DNA of 63,829 nucleotides, filler included, from Octopus bimaculoides (Eukaryota): the NCBI RefSeq assembly GCF_001194135.2. It is 6 parts of 6 records of this genome, joined end to end, with 100 filler letters (N's around TTAATTAATTAA, not from the genome) between each part and the next. Parts side by side here need not be neighbours in the genome. Positions count along the whole stretch, not along the records: positions 25,390 to 48,362 come from NC_068991.1; positions 48,463 to 55,281 come from NC_068986.1; 4 more parts are not named here. The stretch is one strand, 5' to 3'. The position numbers were made by a program, and so were the translations under genes. The notes beneath the pieces were generated by a model. That model was given only the letters and a program-made list of their open reading frames with translations. It was not told the origin of the DNA and made no database searches. Each line of letters starts with the position of its first letter. The stretch's first letter is position 1. Below are positions 38,793-49,707 of the stretch, in pieces.

Positions 38793-40202
38793 TGTGTATA
38801 AATAGGAGTGTTGTTAAGAAGTTTGCTTCTCAACCACATTGTTTTGTGTTTAGTCCCATGGTGTGGCATCTTGTGTAAGTATCTTTTGTAACCCTGGGCC
38901 TTGTGACTGGAATTGGTTGACACAAAATGAAGACAGGATGGAAATGTCTGAAATACTTTTGACTGATTTGGTCACAGGCATCCTCAATCAAGCTGGAACT
39001 GGGGCCAAATAGCAGCTCATCATTTAGGCAAAGTTTCTGCCAGCCAACACAATGCCCTGCACTGCTTCTCTATGACATATATTTTAACATGACCACCTTT
39101 TCCTTAAGCAATCCATCCCATCACCTTTTCAACCATATCCCTTTCTTTTTCTCAACTCTGTTACTAATCCCTTCTTTCCTTCTTTTCCTTACCATACTTC
39201 CCCATCCTCTTTTCTTACTTACCAACCCTCTAGAGTTATCAGCTACTCCCTCTTCTGTTGTCCTTCAGTTATAGGAACCTCTTTAGGCCTTTAGTCTTGC
39301 ATGTTACGAGGCAATCACGACTAGTGTGGAACAACAAAAAGAAAGCACCTAGTAAACTCTGTAGATTGGTTGGTATTTGAAAGGACATTCAGTCATAGAA
39401 ACCATGCCGAAATTGACATTGGTGTGAAACTCATCATGCCATGTCAAACTGTAAAACTCATCCCAGAATGGAAGCTGGATTTTAAATGAAGATGATAATG
39501 AAAGATTTGTATTGCTAAAGCTTTCAGTCACTTTATACTATTTTTAGGAAAAGATTAAATATTTTTTGAAGTCGCAGGACTTTATGATATGTATTTCAAC
39601 ACGAAGGAAAGGTTTGTGTTGTTAAAGCTTTAACATTGTACCATTTCTAGACAGGGACTAAATATCCTTAAATGTTTCTAGGTTAGAGATCTATGTAAGT
39701 GAGAAGGTTAGACACGTTAAACAGATGTATTCAGATAAGTTATAAAAGTTAAATGATATCAGTAGATGACTAATATTGTTTGCTACATGGTGAGTTGGCA
39801 GAAGTATAAGAGCATTTAGTACAATACCTTGTGCTATTAGTTGCACTACTTTTATGACAGCAACACTCATTTACAAATACCATGCAATGTCAAAACAAGG
39901 AAACTCAAGCACACACACACACACACGCACATCATGTGTTTGTGTGTGTATAATATATATATTAGAAAAAAGAAGAAATTGACCCCCCCCCCTGCACCTT
40001 GATCATCATCATTACCACAACCAATACCATGACCACCACTACCACCACCCTTTGTTTTACGTTTGCTTTTTTCCATGCTGACATGGGCAGGTGGAATAGT
40101 GTTGTTTTGGGGCTTCAACTAGAAAGGAGAGTGGTACCCCCTCTTCTTCTCAGAAATTCTCAAGGTCCATTCTTGGTTCTCCAAGCCCCTACCCAATGCA
40201 CT

Positions 40203-40239
<37 letters not shown>

Positions 40240-40245
<6 letters not shown>

Positions 40246-40830
40246 TGCAATATGGACACATATTTATCTAAGTTTATGTTTCCCTCGCACTCTGCCAGCT
40301 CTGATTGGCCATTGCTCCTAATTGCTCCCCAGACCCTCACAGAATAGCTGCGGTGTTTCATTGCTGGAAGCAATCTTTTCATGTCAAATTCTTGATCACA
40401 GTCTCCAGATCCACACCCAACCACTATCAGAAAATATGGCATATCTGAACTCATCAGAGAATATGACAGTGTCCTAAAATGGTAGTGGCCTCTCCAACAT
40501 GTTACTGGCCCAATATTTTCTCCACTTGAAATTGGCTGATTAAAGAAGTGGCTTCCTTTTTGCTCATCTGCCACAGTAACCAAGTTTGTGGAGATACCTG
40601 ACAGCTGTTCTGGGACTGACATCAACTTGTTCTACTGTGTCAGAGGCCTTAACAAAGAGAAGGATCCTGTCAGAGGACCCTGGGCAATGTGATGTGGACT
40701 CCTTCTATCCGGTGAATTGCACAATCACTTTATTATCTGTAGAAGGTGGGATCACAAGGTTTTCTGCGATTTTATGCTGATGACGTCCACATTCAAATTG
40801 ACCCTCTTTGAAATTCGGGCAGTTCCTAGG
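40240..40830 (-). mobile_element. Tc1-like transposase remnant
   Basis: KHRSYSVRVWGAIRSNGQSELAECEGNINLDKYVSILQ matches KHGGGSVMVWG.I...G...L....G..N...Y..IL; the upstream HTH-like EFQRGQ...KIAENLVIPPST lies in a shifted frame. Confidence 0.75.
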
Positions 40831-40995
40831 CTTCTTTTTGTATGTGGCATGATTAAACAGTCACACATAGAACCTGAAACATAAAAATGTCAGTTAATAA
40901 AAAGCGTAAACCTTTCCAAGTTAAAAATAACATAAAATGATGTTTTATGGGGTGTCATGTTTGTGTATATATGTGTAGATGTGTGTGTGTATATA

Positions 40996-41055
<60 letters not shown>

Positions 41056-41280
41056 CATGTGTGTGTGTGTATGTGTGTGTGTATGTGTGTGTGTATGTGT
41101 GTGTGTGTATGTGTGTGGGTGCATGATGGACTCTCCTGTAGAATACGATGTATGAGTTCAGCTTTTTCTTTATATTCTTTTTCTTTATAATGTTCATGCT
41201 TCACATTAACTCATTCTCTCCATCAAATCGACGTTGTACGAACAGGTGCATTGTATGCCATGCATCAGGTGTTGTCATCA

Positions 41281-41400
41281 CTGAGCAATGTGAAATGAAG
41301 TGTTTTGCTCAAGAACACAACACATTACCCAATATAGGAATTGAAATCATGATCTAGCGATTGTTAGTGCAACGCCCTAACCACTAGGCCATGCACCCTC
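41281..41400 (-). mobile_element. SINE family A head/centre (degenerate)
   Basis: Reverse complement of gcatggcctagtggttagggcg...gtgttcttgagcaaaacacttcatttcac. Confidence 0.7.
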
Positions 41401-41412
41401 ATGTGTGTATTT

Positions 41413-41960
41413 CATCATCATCATCATCGTTTAATGTCTGCCTTCCATGCATGCATGAGTGGGATGGTTTGACAGGAGCTGGCCAGGCAGAAGCCTGCAC
41501 TAGACTTCTGTAACTGTTTTAGCAGGGTTTTGTGGCTGGATGCCTTTCCTAAAACCAACCACCCAGCAAAGTGGACTAAGTGCTCTTTACGTGGCAGAAG
41601 CACAGGCGAGGTCAGTTTTGGCAAGGTTTTTATAGCTGGATGCCCTTCCAAATGCCAACTACTTTACAGTATGGACTGGAGGCTTTTTAAGTGGCACCTG
41701 CACTGACAGGGTCACTAAGTAACTTGCAAGACAAAAATCTTTTGATAGGGGAGGGAGCATTGGAAGAGGTGATCCTATGTCAAATGATGAAAGGTTAGTG
41801 TGTGACAGAGAGAGACAGAAACAGGTGTATTGCTGTAGAGGAGGTACAAGGTTATCTGGTTGGAGAGAAAGTGTGAGAGAGAGGACAGAATGAGGACAGA
41901 AACAGATGAGCTGCCATAGAGGAGATACATAGTTGCCCAACCTGAGGGAAGAACAGGAGT
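41413..41960 (-). mobile_element. Family D/RTE 3' region, degenerate, with repeated ctggatgcc blocks
   Basis: catcatcatcgtttaatgtctgccttccatgc is the tail on the minus strand; the ggctggatgcc(t/c)ttcc block is repeated. Confidence 0.6.
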
Positions 41961-42239
41961 AGAGAGAGAGAGTGAGAGAGACAGCAGGATAGGGATGGTG
42001 GCAAAATTCTGGGCATACTCACAAGGGAGGGGATCAGAATATAAATGGGATGGTTGTGTAAGAGAAAGGTGGTGGCAAATGTCAGAGCATACCTTGAGGT
42101 TCGAAGGTCATAATATAAGTGGCAGGACATTACCAAAGAAGCATGAGAGTGGGAAAGTGGAATGCAGTGTGTGGTGAAAACGTGGGTATATAAAGGAGGG
42201 TAGGACTCTGTGTGCGTGTCTGCATATATATGTGTGTGT

Positions 42240-42274
<35 letters not shown>

Positions 42275-42309
42275 TGTATATATATATATAGAGAGAGAGA
42301 GCATACAAA

Positions 42310-42786
42310 CAAATCGTGATGGCACCTGTACCAGTAGATCACTAAGAGCACCGTCTGAGCGTGATCGTTGCCAGAGTACCAGCTGTCTGGCCTCTGTGCC
42401 TGGGGCACGTAAATAGCACCATTTGAGCGGGATCGTTACCAATGTCACCTTTCTGGCACTTGTGCCAGTGGCACGTGAAAAGACATTCGAGTGAGTTTGT
42501 TGCCAGTCCCGCTGGACTGGCTCCTGTGCAGGTGGCACATAAAATACACCATTTCGAGCGTGGCCATTGCCAGTACCTCCTGACTGGCCTTTGTACCGGT
42601 GGCATGTAAAAGCACCCACTACACTCTTGGAGTGGTTGGCATTAGGAAGGGCATCCAGCTGTAGAAACTCTGCCAAATCAGATTGGAGCCTGGTGTAGCC
42701 ATCTGGTTCACCAGTCTTCAGTCAAATCGTCCAACCCATGCTAGCATGGAAAGCGGACATTAAACGATGATGATAATGATGATGAT
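42310..42786 (+). mobile_element. Family D element, longest copy (four internal ~65-70-bp units plus RTE-type tail)
   Basis: Four units, each ending GTGCC-N-GGCAC-GTAAAA-like, then the shared 3' region and a (GAT)n tail; the same layout occurs at 47651-48091. Confidence 0.85.
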
Positions 42787-43113
42787 AGGCACCTTCTCTT
42801 TCTCGTACACCTTGCAAACTTATTAGTCTAAAGTTTTGTGCACAATGCATCTATATAATTGAAGTGATTTACAGTTGGTAGATTTGGAATTTTATCAGTT
42901 ATTACACGTTATTTTTTATGTCTCTGTCTACACCACATTGTAATGTATAGTATGCTATGAATAAATTCAGATTAGTTTAGGAAGTGATGATGTGGCATAA
43001 TACTATATACTGGACAATCATATAATAGATTGTAAATAACTGGCAGTTAATGTTATGGACCAGAATTTTCTTCTAATAACCCTTATGTCTCATTAATATT
43101 TAGAGTCTATAAA

Positions 43114-43330
43114 GGTGGCAAGCTGGAAGAATTGTTAGCATGCCAAACAAGATGCATGACAGTATTTTGTATGTCTTTATGTTCTGAGTTTAAACTCTGC
43201 TGAGGTTAGCTTTGCCTTTCATCCTTTCAAAGTTGATAAAATGACTACCTGTTGAACACTGAGGTTGATGCAATTGACTTAGCCCCTCTCTGAAAATTGC
43301 TGGCCTTGTGCCAAAATTTGAGACCAATAT
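43114..43330 (+). mobile_element. SINE family C (degenerate)
   Basis: ctttgcctttcatcctttcaaagttgataaaatgactacc. Confidence 0.7.
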
Positions 43331-43474
43331 TTAGAGTTTATTTTGTTGAAACGTTTGACCATGTTTTTTTAACAAGATTATTTTTAAAGAATAAAAAGTT
43401 TTGAATGGTACAACAATGCACTATAATACAAAAAATTGACTATATACTTGTTGTAATTTAGTTATCTATAGTCC

Positions 43475-43509
43475 GATGATATTTCGGAATACAATTCCTT
43501 CTTCAGATC
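43475..43509 (-). ncRNA. Putative minimal type-I hammerhead ribozyme
   Basis: GAT CUGAAGA A GGAAU UGU AUUCC GAAA U AUC|AUC: intact core, 5-bp stem II, palindromic loopless stem III, 3-bp stem I. Confidence 0.6.
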
Positions 43510-43670
43510 TTCTTAGCTGGAGTCTCTGCTATAAGTGTGTGAGGTCAGCCGACCTCACACACATCTCAAGAGGAATTCTGGAAGGAGCTTCGTGAGACCA
43601 CTATTGCGTCACTTCCGGAAAAAAAAAAAGCCGTTAGTAAACAGTTTATAGCAGAGACTCCATCTAAGAA

Positions 43671-43705
43671 GATCTGAAGAAGGAATTGTATTCCGAAATA
43701 TCATC
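43671..43705 (+). ncRNA. Putative minimal type-I hammerhead ribozyme
   Basis: Identical to the left-arm motif, on the opposite strand. Confidence 0.6.
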
Positions 43706-44174
43706 GGACTATAGATAACTAAATTGCAATGGTTATATAGTCCATTTTTTGTTTTATAGTGCATTGTTGTACCATTCAAAACTTTTTATTCTTTACAAAC
43801 AATACACAATGTTTCAAGCGAACTACAATACTCTCTTAAGATTATTTTTATATTCTGATGTTAATAAAATGATTCTAACACTTCAAAGTTACAAACTGAC
43901 CTCACAAGTATTGCTACCATGATAAAAAGCACTTAGTGCATGCTGTAAAGTGCTTGACATTAGAAAGGGCATAGAAACCATGCCAAAACTGAGACACTGG
44001 AGCAAGATGCAGCTCTCCAACCCATTTTGATCCTGTCAAAACATCCAACCCATGCTGGCATAGAAGGCAGACATTAAATCAAGATGATGAAAATGATAAA
44101 CCCGAAATTTCAGCAGAAGTCACTTTTCCAACTACATCAATGTCCAGTGTCTCCAGTATTGGAGAGCCCAATAG

Positions 44175-44208
<34 letters not shown>

Positions 44209-44354
44209 TTGCTTGTACAGTGTAGTGGGCAGTGTTGTTATAAGTTCTCCTGTCAACAAATCATTCAGTCACTTCTTACTGTGTGGGATAAGAGACCCCT
44301 TATTTATGGTTAATGACAAGAAGGGCACCTGTAAAAAAAAAGAAAAAAAAAGCA

Positions 44355-44749
44355 GGCGCAGGTGTGGCTGTGTGGTAAGTAGCTTGCTTACCAACCATAT
44401 GGTTCCGGGTTCATTCCCACTGCGTGGCACCTTGGGCAAGTGTCTTCTACTATAGCCTCGGGCCGACCAAAGCCTTGTGAGTGGATTTGGTAGACAGAAA
44501 CTGAAAGAAGTCCATCGTATATATGTATATATATATATATATATATATGTGCATGTGTTTGTCCCCCCCGCCCAACATCGCTTGACAACAGATGCTAGTG
44601 TGTTAACGTCCCGTAACTTAGCGGTTTGGCAAAAAACACCGATAGAATAAGTACTAGGCTTACAAAGAATAAGTCCTGGGGTCGATTTGCTCGACTAAAG
44701 GCGGTGCTCCAGCATGGCTGCAGTCAAATGACTGAAACAAGTAAAAGAG
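44355..44749 (+). mobile_element. SINE family B, best full-length copy
   Basis: tRNA-like head (tggctgtgtggtaag...ccgggttcattcc), CORE-like ccttgggcaagtgtctt, internal (TA)n, and the 3' module ending gactgaaacaagtaaaagag. Confidence 0.85.
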
Positions 44750-44765
44750 TATATATATATGCGTC

Positions 44766-45030
44766 GAGGCGCATGGCTTAGTGGTTAGGATGTCAGCACC
44801 ATGATCGTAAGATTGTGGTTTCGATTCCTGGACCGGGCGACGCGTTGTGTTCTTGAGCAAAACACTTCATTTCATGTTGCTCCAGTTCACTCAACTGGCA
44901 AAAATGAGTAACGCTGCGATGGACTGGCGACCCGTCCAGCTGGGGAACACATACGCCATTGAAACCGGGAAACCGGGCCCATGAGCCTGGCTAGGCTTTA
45001 AAAGGGCGCATTTATTTTATTTATTTATTT
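44766..45030 (+). mobile_element. SINE family A (tail type 1)
   Basis: End-to-end match to 1174-1430, with a (TTTA)n tail. Confidence 0.88.
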
Positions 45031-45149
45031 ATATATATATATATATGCATGTGTGTGTATATTATGACCCCATAGACTAGTCATAACTATCTTTATCTAA
45101 TATATAAATATATATATATAAATATATAAAAACACATACATGTGTGTGT

Positions 45150-45377
45150 GTGTGCCTGTTTTCTCCACTCAACTGCCACTGCTTGGCAACTGGTACTCGT
45201 GTGTTTATGTCCCCATAACTTACCAGTTTGGCAAAAAAGACCAATAGAATAAGTACCAAACTTTAAAAAAAAACCCAAAAGTACTGGGGTCAATTCATTC
45301 AAATAGAAGTGCTCTTCAAGGTGGTGCCACAGTATGGCCACAGTCTAATGATTTAAACAAGCAAAAGATAAAAGATA
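45150..45377 (+). mobile_element. SINE family B 3' module
   Basis: Matches 44550-44749. Confidence 0.65.
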
Positions 45378-46396
45378 TGAGATTCTATCTTTCAGTGAAC
45401 TAGCCATTGTTTGACCATACTGTAATGTTTGGGAAGAGTGGGCTTTAGTGTAATATACACCAAGCATCTAATTACATTCTGGTGTGAAACAAACAATCTT
45501 GAGCAATCAAGATTGTTCACCTAACAGTTTAGCAAAGGTACAATTAAACACTCAAGGAAACATGCTATGGTTAATTGGCTTCTCCTTTCTCTTCCATTTG
45601 CACTTATCCTACCTCTCTTTCTTTTGTTTTGCTTTTGTTTCCATCTCTACTACCTTCTCTTTCTTCTTTCTTTCTTTCTTTCTTCGTCTCCCCCTGCAGT
45701 AGCTGCTTTTGCTCTCACCCTCCTTTCTTATTTATTGTTGTTAACAAAAGTTGTTTTGTTAAGGCATTCATGTGATTTCCATTGGTACAGGAAAACCATA
45801 CAGGTCTTTCAAATTGCACAGTTTCACATTATCGTTACTACCACTATCATTAATGTCATCACTGCTACCACCACCACTATCATTAATATCAGCATTGCTA
45901 CCACCACTACCAAACCACCATAAGTAATATCGCCACCAATACTATGCAGCTACAATTATTGTCCTAAATACAACTTCTACTGCCACCACTACTCAGCTAC
46001 TGCTACCCCCCTCTCTCTCAGCACCACATTAATATATTTCAGTAACAATATTTGTCTGCTTTTGAGTCAATGACTCACTTCTTTTTTTATTTTACTTCTT
46101 CAATACAAATCCATTTGTTTTCAATTTCTCTGGATAAGAAACCTTTTCACAGATATTACTTAATGGGTCGACTGCAGTAATTATTTTTTTTTCAACCTCT
46201 ATCAAATGATAAAATTTTTACCTATTTGGCATAAAGGGATGTATCTTGTCATTCTGATTTACATAACTAAAAACACTAACATATATAGACCAGTTGAATA
46301 AGTTCCCAAGTGAAGATTAGGTGCAGTCAACGTTCATTTTATAATACAATATAATATTATATAATATAATATAAAATAATATAATATAATACAATA

Positions 46397-46434
<38 letters not shown>

Positions 46435-46454
46435 ATACACACACACGCATATAT

Positions 46455-46680
46455 CATTATCATCATCAACATTGCCATTTAATGTCTGTTTTCCATGCTG
46501 GCATGGGTTGGATGGTTTGACGGGGGCTGGCGAGGCAGAAAAATGCATCAGGTTTCACTATCTGTTTTGGCAGGGTTTTTACGGCTGGATGCCCTTCCAA
46601 ACACCAAATACCTTACATAGTAGACTGAATGCTTTTTACGTAGCACCAGCACCAGCGAGGCCTGTTTTGGCATAGTTTTT
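46455..46680 (-). mobile_element. Family D/RTE 3' end
   Basis: catcatc...tttaatgtctgttttccatgctggcatgggttgg. Confidence 0.7.
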
Positions 46681-46715
46681 ACAGATTCTTTTATTCTTTT
46701 ATTTGTTTCAGTCAT

Positions 46716-47540
46716 TTGACTAAGGCCCTTAGAGTTAATTTAGCCAAAACTGAAGTCCTAGTAAGTAGGAAAACTGACAAATCACAAGTCCCTTCAGTGA
46801 GATGGCCCTGCTTGATATGTAAGAAGGGTGTTGGTAGAAATTCCATACGCTGTACCCAGTGTAAGCTTTTGACATGTAAGAGGTGCAGCACTATCACAAG
46901 GTTAACAGAGAAAATAGTCTTTGTGTGTGGCAAATGTGTGGGTACAGTAAGCACTAAAGATGTGCAGGCAGTAAACTTCTTCAGATGTTCAGGGTTGGGG
47001 GGATCATTAGAAGTAGTAGATAGCTTCTGTTACCTAGGTGACCAAGTTTGCAGTGGGGAGGAAATTCTGAAAATTTTTGATCATGTGATGCATATGTATG
47101 ATGACAGCTGCTTAAAGAAGTGCTGAGCTCTAACTGTGGAGGGTACCTGTGGAAGGGATTAAACCAGGAATGTGGGAGGAGGTGGTGAGAAAGGATCTTC
47201 GGATGCTGAGCCTCACTGGGGAAATGACAAGGTACAGAGAATCGTGGTGATTTGCTGTATTTGAGAAGACACATCAAGCTAAGTGAAGTTGCTCTCATCC
47301 ATACATACAGACTTGTCCTTTATAGGTGCTGGTGCAGCATAAATGCACCTGTGTTGTTGGCACATAAAAAGCACCCAACACACTCTGTAAAGTGGTTGAC
47401 ATTAGGATGGACATCCACCTGTAGAAACCATTCCACATCAGACAATTGGAATCTGGACACCTCCCCAGTTGGCCAGCTTCTGTCAAACGGTCCAATCCAT
47501 GCCAGAATGGAAAACGGACGTTAACTAATATTGATGACTT
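46716..47540 (+). mobile_element. RTE-clade LINE fragment with Cys-rich insert and 3' UTR
   Basis: LRVNLAKTEVLV...WPCLICKKGVGRNSIRCTQC...CKRCS...FVCGKC...LEVVDSFCYLGD; internally deleted; ends ccatgccagaatggaaaacggacgttaa. Confidence 0.8.
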
Positions 47541-47549
47541 ATGTATATA

Positions 47550-47641
<92 letters not shown>

Positions 47642-47650
47642 TATATACAA

Positions 47651-48091
47651 GAGCACCATCCAAGCGTGATTATTGCCAGGGCCACTGACTGGCTCCTGTG
47701 CCAGTGGCATGTAAAAAGTACCATTTGAGCATGATCGTTACCAGGGTCACCTTACTGGCACTTGTGCCAGTGGCATGTGAAAGACAATATTCAAGCGAGG
47801 TTGTTGCCAGTGCCGCTAGACTGGCTCCTGTGCAGGTGGCACGTGAAAAACACCATTTGAGCATAGCCATTACCACCTGACTGGCCCTCGTGATGGTGGC
47901 ATGTAAAAGCACCCACTACACTCTCGGAGGGCTTGGTGTTAGGGAGGGCATCAAGCTGTAGAAACTCTGCTAAATCAGATTGGAGCCTGGTGCAGCAATC
48001 TGGCTTGCCAGTCCTCAGTCAAACCGTCCAACCCATGCAAGCATAGAAAGCGGACGTTTAACGATGATGATGATGATGATGATGATGATGA
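47651..48091 (+). mobile_element. Family D element (four internal units plus tail)
   Basis: Collinear with 42346-42786. Confidence 0.85.
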
Positions 48092-48093
48092 TA

Positions 48094-48131
<38 letters not shown>

Positions 48132-48186
48132 CATTATTTACATTATTTACATTTGACGGATATTTCTCCTCATCTTGTTTGTTGTT

Positions 48187-48232
48187 AACACAACGTTTCG
48201 GCTGATATACCCTCCAGCCTTCGTCAGGTGTC
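48187..48232 (-). ncRNA. Putative minimal type-I hammerhead ribozyme in a pLTR-like fragment
   Basis: GACAC CUGACGA A GGCUG GAGGGUAUAU CAGCC GAAAC GUU|GUGUU: 5-bp stem I, 5-bp stem II, palindromic AACGUU stem III. Confidence 0.72.
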
Positions 48233-48362
48233 TTGGGGAAATTTCGAACCTGGGTTCTCATTCCTAACGATGTTACTATTATTATTTATTATTATTATTA
48301 CTATTATTAATCAGGTCGCTGCCGTGAATCGAACTTGGGCATATGGCGTAGTGGTTAAGAGC

Positions 48363-48462
48363 NNNNNNNNNNNNNNNNNNNNNNNNNNNNNNNNNNNNNN
48401 NNNNNNTTAATTAATTAANNNNNNNNNNNNNNNNNNNNNNNNNNNNNNNNNNNNNNNNNNNN
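48363..48462. other. Artificial scaffold-join linker
   Basis: 44 N + TTAATTAATTAA + 44 N; cuts a tRNA-like SINE head at 48338-48362. Confidence 0.95.
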
Positions 48463-48491
48463 TTAAATATACATACATACATACATACATG

Positions 48492-48533
<42 letters not shown>

Positions 48534-48994
48534 TTTACGCACGCTTTTCAAGCCTTTGTCCTGTGTGAGTTGGTCCGAACCGATTGACTTTTTCTGCAGT
48601 TCTTGCCCTCATAGAGAGCAGGACAATCACGTGTCCCTCCTGCATTTACTCATTACTTTTTTCAGCTGGAAGCCCTTCGTATAACCATCGACTTTACGGA
48701 AGATACGAAGGCATTCTAACGCGTGTTTGTTCTTACTCGCACTCACTGCATTCGAATGAAGTAATGTGTGTGTGTGTGAGTGTGTATATGTTGATATCTA
48801 GTTACATACACACACACACTTACAAACACACACTTACACACACACACACACATATATACATGTGTGTTATATATAAATATACATACATATATATATGTAT
48901 ATATGGATAGGGTGATAAAGTGAATATTAATTCAATTAAAAACCAAGTGGCCTAGCATATAAAAAAATCAAAGATTTCAGAAAAATTGTATTAC

Positions 48995-49108
48995 ACGTGT
49001 ATAACGGATTACCACTAGGTAGACATCCAATATGCTAGAAAGAGGGGTCGTTGATGACCTCTTTCTAGCACATTGGATGTCCACCTAGTGGTGTTCCCTT
49101 ATACACGT
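48995..49108. repeat. Long imperfect hairpin/palindrome
   Basis: accactaggtagacatccaatatgctagaaagagg pairs with cctctttctagcacattggatgtccacctagtggt (2 mismatches, both G:U-compatible on one strand); outer acgtgtataa/ttatacacgt. Confidence 0.85.
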
Positions 49109-49137
49109 ATATGTATATATATATATATGTGTGTATG

Positions 49138-49172
<35 letters not shown>

Positions 49173-49672
49173 NNNNNNNNNNNNNNNNNNNNNNNNNNNN
49201 NNNNNNNNNNNNNNNNNNNNNNNNNNNNNNNNNNNNNNNNNNNNNNNNNNNNNNNNNNNNNNNNNNNNNNNNNNNNNNNNNNNNNNNNNNNNNNNNNNNN
49301 NNNNNNNNNNNNNNNNNNNNNNNNNNNNNNNNNNNNNNNNNNNNNNNNNNNNNNNNNNNNNNNNNNNNNNNNNNNNNNNNNNNNNNNNNNNNNNNNNNNN
49401 NNNNNNNNNNNNNNNNNNNNNNNNNNNNNNNNNNNNNNNNNNNNNNNNNNNNNNNNNNNNNNNNNNNNNNNNNNNNNNNNNNNNNNNNNNNNNNNNNNNN
49501 NNNNNNNNNNNNNNNNNNNNNNNNNNNNNNNNNNNNNNNNNNNNNNNNNNNNNNNNNNNNNNNNNNNNNGTATACGCAAATTAAATCTAGCCATGGAGGA
49601 ATGTAGTGGCGGACGAAAAACATATATATATATATATATATATGTATGTATATATATATATATGTGTGTATG

Positions 49673-49707
<35 letters not shown>

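Larger units (their letters stand above)
43385..43795. repeat. Inverted-repeat element: two 150-bp arms (43385-43534, 43646-43795) around a 111-bp spacer
   Basis: The arms are reverse complements, near-perfect across the inner ~75 bp with a few mismatches outward. Confidence 0.92.

Noticed and set aside
42346-42611. CRISPR-like repeat/spacer appearance of family D units
   Set aside because: The units are diverged tandem blocks in a fixed order across copies, with no unique spacers and no cas genes; the context is eukaryotic.
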